Assembly: GCA_039586755.1 (NCBI GenBank)
Contig: JBDHJU010000007.1
Location: forward strand, 27,876-91,875
DNA: 64,000 nucleotides
Reading direction: 5' to 3'
Origin: Gemmatimonadota bacterium
GTDB lineage: Bacteria > Gemmatimonadota > Gemmatimonadetes > Palauibacterales > KS3-K002
A program made the position numbers and the translations under genes. The notes under the pieces are model-generated. The model saw only the letters and a program-made list of their open reading frames with translations. It made no database searches and was not told where the DNA came from. How positions within the stretch are numbered: position 1 is the stretch's first letter; every line of letters starts with the position of its first letter. Below, in pieces: positions 45,030 through 53,817 of this stretch.

Positions 45030-47672
45030 ATGAGATTGCTGGCATATGTGGTGGAGGCGTTCAACGCTCTGTTTCGGCGAGGCAGGGTGGAGGAGGAAAT
45101 GGACGAGGAGGTTCGCTTCCATCTGGAGATGGAGATCGAGAAGAACGTGCGGGCGGGTATGACGCCTGAGGAGGCGCGCCGGGTGGCGCGCGTGCGGTTC
45201 GGTGGAGTGGAGCAGGTGAAGGAGGAGGTTCGGGAGGAGAGCGGAGTGCGGTGGTTGGAGGATGCTTTGAGGGACCTTCGCTACGCCGCTCGCCAGCTTC
45301 GTCGGAACCCAGCGTTCACGGCGGTTGCGGTGCTCACACTGGCGCTGGGGATCGGGGCGAACACGGCTGTGTTCAGTGTTCTCCACAGCGTGCTCCTCTC
45401 ACCGCTGGGCTACCACGAGTCGGACAGGCTCGTGCGTATGTACCAGACTCACGAGACGTTCGGAACGGGCGTCTGGGTCTCGGGTCCGGCGTTCCTCGAT
45501 TATCGTGAGCAACTGGAAGGTGTCGAGAGCGTCGCGGCGATGTACAACTACCGCGAGATGGGATTCACGCTGACGGGCGCCGGGTCGGCGCGGCGCGTCA
45601 CCATGCTGCCGGTGAGTGCCGACTATTTCGATGTCTATCGCGTGCAACCGATCTTCGGTCGCCGGTTTGTGCGGGATGAGGAGCGAGGGTCGGCGCGTGT
45701 CGCAGTGCTGAGCCACCGGCTGTGGCAGGCGATCTCAGGGGACGCAGGATTGCTTGGGCAACGACTGGCACTGGACGGCGATCCGTACGAAGTAATCGGC
45801 GTCTTGCCGGCCGGCTTCGTCGATGTGGTGGGTGGCGATGTCGATCTCTGGGTTCCCCTGGAACTACAAGATCAGAATGCCCGGGAGAACCGTGGCAACC
45901 ATTACCTGAGCGTCGTCGGGCGGCTCGAGTCTGACGTGACGCTCGAGCAGGCGCGCTCCCGATTGATATCACTCGCCGGCAGCCAGGCGGAGCTGTATCC
46001 GAATGATCACGAAGATTGGTCGGCCGAGATGGTCCCGCTAAGGGACAATCTGGTCGGCCGCTCGCGCACGATGCTGTTTATCCTGCTCGGTGCGTCCGCT
46101 CTCGTCCTCCTCATCGCCTGCGTGAACGTGGCCAGCCTGTTCCTTTCGCGGAATGTAGCTCGCGAGCGCGAGCTGGCGGTGCGGGCGGCCATCGGTGCCG
46201 GGAGGTTCAGACTCACCCGGCAGCTCGTCACCGAGAGCTTGGTGGTCGCGCTAATCGGCGGCGTCGCCGGTCTGGCGCTGGCGCACTGGGGTGTGGAAAT
46301 ACTCCTGCCGCTGGGTTCGGACGCCGTGCCTCGCGCCCGGGAAGTCTCCTTCGATGGGACGCTCTTCGCCTTCGCGCTAGGAGTAACGCTGTTCACGGTC
46401 GTGATCTTCGGTTTGGGCCCGGCACTCCAGTTCGTCAGTCCAAGCCTGGACCGGTCGTTGCGCGAAGAATCACGCACGGGCACGGGCGGTGCCCGCAGCA
46501 GACGCTTGCGCGATGTGCTGGTGGCCAGCCAGGTGGCGCTGGCGATCCTGTTGTTGATCGGTGCGGGGCTGCTGATGCGAAGCCTGCTCAGCCTGCATGC
46601 GGTGGACCTCGGAATCGACGCGCACGACGCCATGACCTTTGAGGTCCATCTCGGTGGGCCGCGCTATGCCGACCCGGCCGCCCGGATTGCCTTCTACCGG
46701 GGATATCAGGATCGGCTGGGCGCCTACTCGGGGGTTCGGGCGGCGGGCGCCGTCTCTAAGCTTCCGGTCTCCGATGTATATAACAGCTGGACCTTCACAT
46801 ACCTGTCGGCCGCCGGCGAGGTGATGAGGCACGGTGGTTACGCCGATTTCAGAGTCATCGAAGGAGACTTCTTCCAGGCCCTGAACATCGAGTTGTTGAC
46901 CGGCCGGCGCTTCGAGCCAAACGATCACGCCGACGCTCCCTTGGCAGCAATCGTCAACCAGTCGCTGGTGCGGCGTTACTATGAGGGACGCGACCCTCTG
47001 GGTCAGCAGATCCTCCAGGACAGACGCGTCTGGACCATCGTCGGCGTCGTGGCCGACGTCGCCCACGATGGCCGGGGCAGTGTCACCAGCAAGGTTTACC
47101 TCCCACACGCACAGTTCGGTGACGATCGCAACTGGGCCCTGACCCAACTCGTCGCGGGCACAATCCCGCGCAGGGATTTGCTCGAGATCGCGCGCCAGGA
47201 GCTTCGTGCGATCGATCCGCTGTTGGTTATCCACAACCCCCGCTCGATGCGAGAAGTGAGGGCGGGCGCTATCGCGCAGGAGCGCTTCGCCTTTCTCCTG
47301 CTCGCGGTCTTCGCCGCCCTTGCCCTCTCACTCGCCGCCGTCGGCATCTACGGCGTCATGGCCTACAACGTCGGCCGGCGAACTCGCGAGTTCGGAATCC
47401 GGCTGGCACTGGGGGCTTCCGGGAACGAAGTGAAGCGCAGCGTGTTCCGCCAGGGGTCGGCCATCGTCGGCATCGGCATTCTGGGCGGTTTGGCCGGCGC
47501 CTTCCTGCTCAGCCGGCTAATCAGATCGATGCTCTTCGGGGTCGGCGCTACCGATCCGCTCACCTTCGTGCTCGTCCCCCTGGTTTTGGCCTCTGTGGCG
47601 CTACTCGCCGGCTATCTGCCTGCGCGCCGGGCAACTAAGGTTGATCCGGTGCAGGTGCTACGACAGGATTAG
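45030..47672 (+). CDS. ADOP-family (MacB/FtsX-like, duplicated) ABC transporter permease
   Basis: ATG 45030 (ORF track 44847 overlaps padR). N-terminal permease-prefix helix, NPAFTAVAVLTLALGIGANTAVFSV, two FtsX-type 4-TM modules with large periplasmic loops, ~880 aa. Confidence 0.8.
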   Translation: MRLLAYVVEAFNALFRRGRVEEEMDEEVRFHLEMEIEKNVRAGMTPEEARRVARVRFGGVEQVKEEVREESGVRWLEDALRDLRYAARQLRRNPAFTAVAVLTLALGIGANTAVFSVLHSVLLSPLGYHESDRLVRMYQTHETFGTGVWVSGPAFLDYREQLEGVESVAAMYNYREMGFTLTGAGSARRVTMLPVSADYFDVYRVQPIFGRRFVRDEERGSARVAVLSHRLWQAISGDAGLLGQRLALDGDPYEVIGVLPAGFVDVVGGDVDLWVPLELQDQNARENRGNHYLSVVGRLESDVTLEQARSRLISLAGSQAELYPNDHEDWSAEMVPLRDNLVGRSRTMLFILLGASALVLLIACVNVASLFLSRNVARERELAVRAAIGAGRFRLTRQLVTESLVVALIGGVAGLALAHWGVEILLPLGSDAVPRAREVSFDGTLFAFALGVTLFTVVIFGLGPALQFVSPSLDRSLREESRTGTGGARSRRLRDVLVASQVALAILLLIGAGLLMRSLLSLHAVDLGIDAHDAMTFEVHLGGPRYADPAARIAFYRGYQDRLGAYSGVRAAGAVSKLPVSDVYNSWTFTYLSAAGEVMRHGGYADFRVIEGDFFQALNIELLTGRRFEPNDHADAPLAAIVNQSLVRRYYEGRDPLGQQILQDRRVWTIVGVVADVAHDGRGSVTSKVYLPHAQFGDDRNWALTQLVAGTIPRRDLLEIARQELRAIDPLLVIHNPRSMREVRAGAIAQERFAFLLLAVFAALALSLAAVGIYGVMAYNVGRRTREFGIRLALGASGNEVKRSVFRQGSAIVGIGILGGLAGAFLLSRLIRSMLFGVGATDPLTFVLVPLVLASVALLAGYLPARRATKVDPVQVLRQD

Positions 47673-47705
47673 CCGGGAAAAGAACGAGCTAGCAGGGCGC
47701 TGCGA

Positions 47706-47748
47706 CAGCCCGACATCGATGCGATCGATGTCGGGCTGTTCGTCTTCG
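47706..47748 (+). terminator. Strong hairpin terminator (15-bp perfect stem, 3-nt loop)
   Basis: CAGCCCGACATCGAT-gcg-ATCGATGTCGGGCTG followed by TTCGTCTTCG. Confidence 0.7.
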
Positions 47749-47797
47749 ATGCTGCCCGAGGCTGCGCATCCCGAGAAACTCGGTTATCGTTGGTCCG

Positions 47798-48490
47798 ATG
47801 AAGAAGACGGCGAGAACCTATTATGCGGATCTCAGGGACGACTACTCCGTCAAGATCCGACAGCTGGTACCGAAGTACGATGAGATGGTCGAGTGCATCA
47901 TCCAGCTGCTGCGACTTCGTGCGCCCCACAGTCTGCTCGACATCGGAGCCGGGATCGGCAACGTGACCTGGCTGGCACTCGAGGCGCTTCCCGATGCGCG
48001 CGTCACGGCCTTGGAAGTTTCCGACGAGATGTTCCGGGAGGCGCAAGAGAATCTGAAGTCCGCCGCTAACAGGGTACGGCTCGTCCACCAGGACATGGTG
48101 GATTTCAAACCGGACGAGGGTTACGACGCGATATTCACCAACCTGGTGTTGCACAACATCGCGCCGGACAAAAGGAGGTGCGTCCTCGAGAAGGTGCACG
48201 ACTGGCTGGAACCGGCGGGGATCTTTGTCTGGGGTGACTATATACGACATGATGACGAGCGGGTGCAGGCCTACTTCGTCGAATACAGGAAGATGTTCGC
48301 ACGGGCTTCTGGCTGCCCGGAAGAACTGGTGCGGAGGAACTTCGAGAAGGAAGCGACAGACGATCATCCCCTCACGATCGAGGAAACGCTCGACGAGGCG
48401 CGGGCCGCCGGGTTCAGCCAGGCTTCCCCCGTCTGGGCCCACGACATGTTCGCCATCTGCCTGATGCACAAGACCGGAGCCCGGAGCTGA
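47798..48490 (+). CDS. Class I SAM-dependent methyltransferase
   Basis: 230 aa. LLDIGAGIGNVT motif I, acidic motif II LEVSDEM. Small-molecule MTase-like. Confidence 0.75.
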   Translation: MKKTARTYYADLRDDYSVKIRQLVPKYDEMVECIIQLLRLRAPHSLLDIGAGIGNVTWLALEALPDARVTALEVSDEMFREAQENLKSAANRVRLVHQDMVDFKPDEGYDAIFTNLVLHNIAPDKRRCVLEKVHDWLEPAGIFVWGDYIRHDDERVQAYFVEYRKMFARASGCPEELVRRNFEKEATDDHPLTIEETLDEARAAGFSQASPVWAHDMFAICLMHKTGARS

Positions 48491-48495
48491 CTCCC

Positions 48496-48753
48496 ATGGG
48501 AGGACTAATGAGACCTATCCGCCTGATCATGACCATCGCCTGCACGATCCTGGTGACCACTCTGGCATGCGAAGATTCTGCCGCTCCCGACGATGCGCCG
48601 GAGGGTCACACGGTGATCAAGGATGGGGTGGCGCACGCAACCGGCCTCGACAATCCGACCGTCAACTGCACCGCGTGCCATGGTGCTGACCTGAGAGGTG
48701 GAGACAACGGCGAGCCTTCCTGCTTCACATGCCACGGGCAGCTTTGGCCTTGA
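48496..48753 (+). CDS. Small lipoprotein with two CxxCH motifs (putative dihaem c-type cytochrome-like)
   Basis: 85 aa. Signal peptide/lipobox LVTTLAC. CTACHG and CFTCHG within 24 residues. Confidence 0.5.
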   Translation: MGGLMRPIRLIMTIACTILVTTLACEDSAAPDDAPEGHTVIKDGVAHATGLDNPTVNCTACHGADLRGGDNGEPSCFTCHGQLWP

Positions 48754-48783
48754 AGCCGGGAAGAGCGGACACGGAGGTATGAC

Positions 48784-49272
48784 ATGAGAGTCAGCAGAAG
48801 ACACTGGCACCGCCACGTGGGTCGCTTGCTGGCCGTCGCGCTCATCGCCGGCGGCGCTGACGCTCGGGCCCAAGAAGTTCAGGTCGAGCCCGAAAAGGCC
48901 GCGGCGATCCGCCAACTGCTCCGGGTTACGGAGGCTGCCTCGCTCATGGTGACATCGATCGAGACCTCGCTGCCGGTCCAGAAAGCCGCGAACCCCGAGA
49001 TACCGGACGTCTTCTGGGAGGAGTTCGCTGCCCGGCTGCGACAGGACATCGATCGCTTCATCGAGATACTGGTCCCGCTGTACGATCGGCATCTAACGCT
49101 CGACGAGATCCGGCAGCTCATCGCCTTCTATGAGAGCCCGCTCGGCAGGCGCCTGGTAGAGATACAGCCGACCCTCGCTGCGGAGAGCATGCTGGCAGGA
49201 CAGGAATGGGGTGGGCGCCTGAGCATGGAGGTGGCCGAGGACCTCAGGAAGCGGGGGATCATGATCCCCTGA
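48784..49272 (+). CDS. DUF2059-like periplasmic protein
   Basis: Signal peptide, helical. ...LTLDEIRQLIAFYESPLGRRL... resembles DUF2059. Confidence 0.55.
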   Translation: MRVSRRHWHRHVGRLLAVALIAGGADARAQEVQVEPEKAAAIRQLLRVTEAASLMVTSIETSLPVQKAANPEIPDVFWEEFAARLRQDIDRFIEILVPLYDRHLTLDEIRQLIAFYESPLGRRLVEIQPTLAAESMLAGQEWGGRLSMEVAEDLRKRGIMIP

Positions 49273-49288
49273 CGTTGCTTGACGTCTG

Positions 49289-50167
49289 GTGACGCCCATG
49301 TCCCTTGATTACAGATTTCTCGAGGTCGGCGCGTTTCCCGCCGTTTACCGAACTTTCGTTCGAGCGTTCTCCGACTACGCCCTCGACATGACCTACATGA
49401 CCGAACGGCGCATGTTCAATCGAGCGGTCAAGAACGCCATCGACTTCGAGTCCTCCGTCGCTTCCTACTCCGCTGAAGGGATGGTTGGGTTCACATTGAT
49501 CGGTCTCGATGAGTGGAAGGGCGCGCCGGCGGCCTTCGATATCGGTACGGGTGTAATCGATCGGTACCGTGGGCTGGGGGTCGCGAAGGCGATGTTCGAT
49601 TTCGCGGCGCCCCGGCTGAAGGAGAAGGGGGCGGAGCGGTTCGTGCTCGAGGTACTGCAGGAGAACGAGTCGGCGATCACGGCATACGAGAAAGCGGGCT
49701 TCGAGACCGTTCGCGAGTTCGACTGTTTCCGCTTGGACCTCGATGGCGTAACGGTCCCCGCCACAGCGCAGGATGATGTCGAGATCGGGTCTGTCGATAG
49801 AGATCGCCTGTCGGATTACGTGGATGCGCTGGACTGGCCGCCGTCTTGGGAGAACAGCTTCGCGTCGATACGCCGGATTCCCGACCAGGTGCTACTCTAC
49901 GAGGCGAGCCGCGCTGGGCAGCCCGCCGGTCTGCTGGTCTACTATCCGGGGTTGAGCTGGATCATGACGGTTCTGGTCAAGCGGTCAGAGCGCAGGCAGG
50001 GCATAGGAAGACGGTTGGTGGGGCACCTTATCGAGTGCATCCGCGATCGGGTATCGGATGTGAGGGTGGTGAACGTTCTGCGGGACGACCACGGCATGCA
50101 GAGCCTGCTGACCGGGCTGGGGTTTCGCCGCTACGTGAGCCAGTACGAGATGGAGCTTCAGCTATAG
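49289..50167 (+). CDS. GNAT family N-acetyltransferase (apparently tandem GNAT folds)
   Basis: RYRGLGVAKAMFDFAAPRLKEKGAERFVLEV acetyl-CoA-binding motif. Second half QGIGRRLVGHLIE. Confidence 0.7.
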   Translation: MTPMSLDYRFLEVGAFPAVYRTFVRAFSDYALDMTYMTERRMFNRAVKNAIDFESSVASYSAEGMVGFTLIGLDEWKGAPAAFDIGTGVIDRYRGLGVAKAMFDFAAPRLKEKGAERFVLEVLQENESAITAYEKAGFETVREFDCFRLDLDGVTVPATAQDDVEIGSVDRDRLSDYVDALDWPPSWENSFASIRRIPDQVLLYEASRAGQPAGLLVYYPGLSWIMTVLVKRSERRQGIGRRLVGHLIECIRDRVSDVRVVNVLRDDHGMQSLLTGLGFRRYVSQYEMELQL

Positions 50168-50179
50168 AGGAGGCTGGGG

Positions 50180-51652
50180 CTAGTCACGGGCGCGCATCTG
50201 ATCTCGGATCCGCTCCAACATTCTAACGGCGTTCGTGTTCTCGGGATCGAGCTCTAGCGACTTCTCGTAGTTCTCGATCGCCAACTCGAACTCACCCGCC
50301 TCCATGTAGGCCTCGCCCAGACTGTCGTAGGGATTCGAGGCATCCGGATACTCCTCTACATTCAGCTTGAATATCTCGATCGCTCCGTCGATCCGGCCGC
50401 TTCGCATCAACCGGTAGCCCAGCGTGTTCAGCGTATACTCGTGGAAGGCTTCCGGCAGGTAGCTCGCCTTCAGCTCCCGGTACGTCGCGATGCCGGCTGC
50501 CACACCCTGCTCCTCGATGGCTTGCCATACGGCCTCTCGCACCTGCCGACTTGGGGAGTCGAAACTTTCGTAGTCCAGCCAGGTGACTGCCGGGTGCTCG
50601 CCGCCCACCGTTTCGGCGAGCAGCGCTGCGAGAATGGAATGGCCGTTCTGGCTGTTGGTGAACCAGATCACCCCGACGCCGTGCTCCGGATACGTGAGGG
50701 TGTATGCCTTGTAGCCCGAGTTATCGCCCCAATGCCAGAACCCCTGCCCGCTCTCGTTTTCCTGTAAGCCGATGCCCAGGCCCCAGGTCACACCGCTGTC
50801 CACCTCGATCTGTGGTGTCAGCATCCCGGCCGCCATGCTGTCACTCAGCGCTGTGCCGTCCATCGCCGCGATCAGGAAGCGGGCGAAGTCGAGCGCAGTC
50901 GTGTGGAGAGTAGCGGCGGCGTGCCCGCGGCCGGGGCCCGGTTTCCCCTTCCGGGTCGTTTCGCCGTCCGAGTTGTGGGGCAGCGCCAGGTTCGCCTCAA
51001 AACGGTCGTCCCAGATATAGCTGCTACTCGACATCCCGAGGGGCTCGAACACCAGGCGCTCCATCAGAGCCTGCAGCGGCTCACCCGTAATGTGCATGAC
51101 CGCCCGCTGCAGGTAGCCGAACCCCTCGCCCGAATAGCTGAACTGCGAGCCCGGCTCGAAGTTGATGGTCAACTGACCCCGATTCGGTCGCCAGTTGGGA
51201 AAGCCGCTCGAATGGGTGAGAACCATCCGCGGCGTGATGAGCCTGTGCCGCTCGTCGTGGGCTATGTCCTCGTAGTCGTAGTACTCGGCGATCGGGGTGT
51301 CGAGGTCGATCAGGCCCTGATCAACCAGTTGCAGAAACGCGTAAGCGAAGACCGGCTTGCTGAGCGAGGCCGCCTCGAACACCGAGCTCGCGTCCACCGG
51401 CTCGCCGGTCTCGACATTCCGCACCCCGAAGCCGCGGCTCCAGACGATCGCGCTGTCGTTCACTATAGCCACCGAGAGCCCTGTGACCGCGCCGCTGTCC
51501 ATGAGCGCCGGGATGACGGTCTCCAGCTCGGCCAAGCGTTCCGCCTGCGTGAGGGTGGCCACGCGGTCCGATGGTTGAGCGCTGCACGATTGGACAGTCG
51601 TCAGGCCGATCAGGACGGCCAGCGCGAACGAGTACTGTCGGGTCACTGTCAT
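50180..51652 (-). CDS. Beta-lactamase-family serine hydrolase fused to C-terminal TPR domain
   Basis: ATG at 51650-51652 (MTVTRQ..., signal peptide). SxxK (ASLSKP), class C/PBP-like fold. C-terminal ~120 aa TPR-like (YKLAIENYEKSLELDPEN). Confidence 0.75.
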   Translation of the reverse strand: MTVTRQYSFALAVLIGLTTVQSCSAQPSDRVATLTQAERLAELETVIPALMDSGAVTGLSVAIVNDSAIVWSRGFGVRNVETGEPVDASSVFEAASLSKPVFAYAFLQLVDQGLIDLDTPIAEYYDYEDIAHDERHRLITPRMVLTHSSGFPNWRPNRGQLTINFEPGSQFSYSGEGFGYLQRAVMHITGEPLQALMERLVFEPLGMSSSSYIWDDRFEANLALPHNSDGETTRKGKPGPGRGHAAATLHTTALDFARFLIAAMDGTALSDSMAAGMLTPQIEVDSGVTWGLGIGLQENESGQGFWHWGDNSGYKAYTLTYPEHGVGVIWFTNSQNGHSILAALLAETVGGEHPAVTWLDYESFDSPSRQVREAVWQAIEEQGVAAGIATYRELKASYLPEAFHEYTLNTLGYRLMRSGRIDGAIEIFKLNVEEYPDASNPYDSLGEAYMEAGEFELAIENYEKSLELDPENTNAVRMLERIRDQMRARD

Positions 51653-51815
51653 GTTGACTCCCGGATTTTTTGTCAGGGGCTCAGAATCTTGGATGCCTGT
51701 GGCCACGTGAAGGTTGTAGGTCGGTTGCGCGCGAGTCGCAACCTTTGTGTCGGTATGGCTGTCTCAAGCGAGTGACACGAGCCCCACCATGCCATCTTTA
51801 AAGAGACGGAAGGAA

Positions 51816-52601
51816 ATGCCGTTCATGAAAGCGCTCCCGTTCTTCGCGCTCCTCTCAGCCCTCACGTTTGCGGTTGTCCCGGTCCCGGAATCCGCCCTCG
51901 CTCAGACGCAGACTCCCGCTCTCACCCTGGGTCAGCCCATCGAAAAGGAGCTGGCCGCCGGCGAGAGCCACAGCTACGGCGTAAACCTTGAGGCTGGGCA
52001 GTTCATGTTCGCCGTCGTCAATCAGCGGGGTATCGACGTGACCGTCGCGGTCTTCGGCCCCGAAGGCGAGCAGGTCGGCTGGTTCGACAGCCCAAACGGC
52101 GGCTATGGCATCGAGGGCGTCGGTGTGGAAGCCGAGGTTTCCGGCGCCTACCAGCTCGAGGTTCGGCCCTTCAGCGAAGATACCGAGGCCGGCCGCTACG
52201 AGATCGTGCTCGAGCGGATCCAGGCGGCGGCGACGACGCCGGAAGGCAAGGTGGACCAGCTGTTTTTCGCGTTGGACCGGCCAGGCTCGCCCGGTGTGGC
52301 GGTGGCCGTGGTAAGAGACGGCGAGGCCGTCTATCAGCGCGGCTTCGGGTTTGCGGACCTGGAGCACGGGATCCCCATCACGCCGTCGACGGTATTCGAC
52401 ATCGCCTCGGTTTCGAAGCAGTTCGCCGGTCTCGCTGTCGCCATGCTCGTGAAGGAAGGTCGAATCGATCTCGACGCCGACTACCGCGAATACCTGCCGG
52501 AGATGCCTGAGTACGAGCACCAGCGGCCGCGTCCGCAACCTGCGCTTCGAGAAGGTGGAGCGGCGTGGGCCGGCGGCCGGCGGCTAGCCGATATCGATTA
52601 G
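51816..52601 (+). CDS. Beta-lactamase-family serine hydrolase with N-terminal PPC-like beta-sandwich domain; apparently 3'-truncated (possible pseudogene)
   Basis: Signal peptide [19 protein letters not shown]. SxxK (ASVSKQ) about 70 aa before the stop. Lacks downstream YxN/KTG regions. Stop overlaps the convergent enolase-superfamily gene. Paralogous to 50180-51652. Confidence 0.5.
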   Translation: MPFMKALPFFALLSALTFAVVPVPESALAQTQTPALTLGQPIEKELAAGESHSYGVNLEAGQFMFAVVNQRGIDVTVAVFGPEGEQVGWFDSPNGGYGIEGVGVEAEVSGAYQLEVRPFSEDTEAGRYEIVLERIQAAATTPEGKVDQLFFALDRPGSPGVAVAVVRDGEAVYQRGFGFADLEHGIPITPSTVFDIASVSKQFAGLAVAMLVKEGRIDLDADYREYLPEMPEYEHQRPRPQPALREGGAAWAGGRRLADID

Positions 52602-53696
52602 CGGCTCGCCGAGCACATCCATGTGAGGGTCGACACCTAGCCCTGCGGCACCCGACGCGCTCATCCGTCCGTGCTGTCGCTGCGGTGCGCCTTCGGCGAT
52701 GCTCACCGTGACGTAGCTGTTGAAGTCGGTGGCGGTGAACACGAACTCGGGCGGCGTGCTGTGGGCCAGGTGGGCGATGGCGGCGGTGATGATGTCGCCG
52801 CCCCAGCTGTCCTCGATAGTCATGGCGATGCCGAGCGAGCCGAGCGAGACGCACAGGTCGCGGGCCTGCCGCGCGCGGGTCAGGCCGCCGAACTTGCTGA
52901 TCTTGATGTTCACCACGTCCATCGCCTGGTCGGCGTGGCCGCGCAGCAAGATGGGGATCCCATCGATGTTCTCGTCGAGCACGAAGGGATGGTCGGTCCG
53001 CCGGCGGATCGACAGGCACTCCTCGTAGGTGGCGCACGGCTGCTCGATGTAGACGTCGACGTCGCGCACCGCACGTACCACACGGGCCGCCTCGTGCTTG
53101 AGCCACCCCGTGTTCGCATCGGCTACCAACACGTCGCCCGGTTCCAGCACCGACCGCACGGCACGGATCCGCTCGATGTCCGACTCGGGATCGCTCCCCA
53201 CTTTCAGCTGAAAGCGCCGGTAACCCTCCGCGCGGTAGCCCGCCACCTTCGCCGCCATCTCGTCCGGCGACTCCTGCGAGATCGCCCGGTAGAGCACGAA
53301 GTCCTCGCCGTAGCGACCGCCCAGTAGCGTGCAGACGGGGAGCCCGGCGACTTTGCCCAGGATGTCCCAGCACGCCATGTCGATCGCCGACTTGACGTAG
53401 GGATGGCCCAACAGTGCGGCGTCCATGAGCCGGTTCAGGTGCTCCAGCTGCGTCGGGTCCTCGCCCAACAGGTGCGGGCCGAGCTCGGCTATGCCGGTCC
53501 GTGCCCCCTTCGCATAGGCCGGCAGGTAGAACGGACCCAGCGGGCAGACCTCGCCATGGCCGACGGCCCCTTCATCGGTCTCGACTCGCACGACCGTGCT
53601 GTCGAACACCTCAACCGACTTGCCGCCGGACCATTTGTAGCTGCCCTCGTGCAGGGGCAGGTCGACCTGGTAGGCGGCGATCCTGGTGATCTTCAT
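52584..53696 (-). CDS. Enolase-superfamily enzyme (mandelate racemase / muconate lactonizing enzyme family)
   Basis: ATG at 53694-53696 ([15 protein letters not shown]...). KVG, DANTGW, LDENI metal-ligand motifs typical of MR/MLE subgroup, ~370 aa. Confidence 0.8.
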   Translation of the reverse strand: MKITRIAAYQVDLPLHEGSYKWSGGKSVEVFDSTVVRVETDEGAVGHGEVCPLGPFYLPAYAKGARTGIAELGPHLLGEDPTQLEHLNRLMDAALLGHPYVKSAIDMACWDILGKVAGLPVCTLLGGRYGEDFVLYRAISQESPDEMAAKVAGYRAEGYRRFQLKVGSDPESDIERIRAVRSVLEPGDVLVADANTGWLKHEAARVVRAVRDVDVYIEQPCATYEECLSIRRRTDHPFVLDENIDGIPILLRGHADQAMDVVNIKISKFGGLTRARQARDLCVSLGSLGIAMTIEDSWGGDIITAAIAHLAHSTPPEFVFTATDFNSYVTVSIAEGAPQRQHGRMSASGAAGLGVDPHMDVLGEPLIDIG

Positions 53697-53817
53697 CGTC
53701 GGACACTCCGTCGCTGGTCTCTGGGGCTGGGTGCAACTGATATCTAGCATCGGTTCGCCGGTCGCGCGACGGTGGTGCTATCTTGTCCAGAATTGCACCC
53801 GAAGACTGGAGAGCCAC

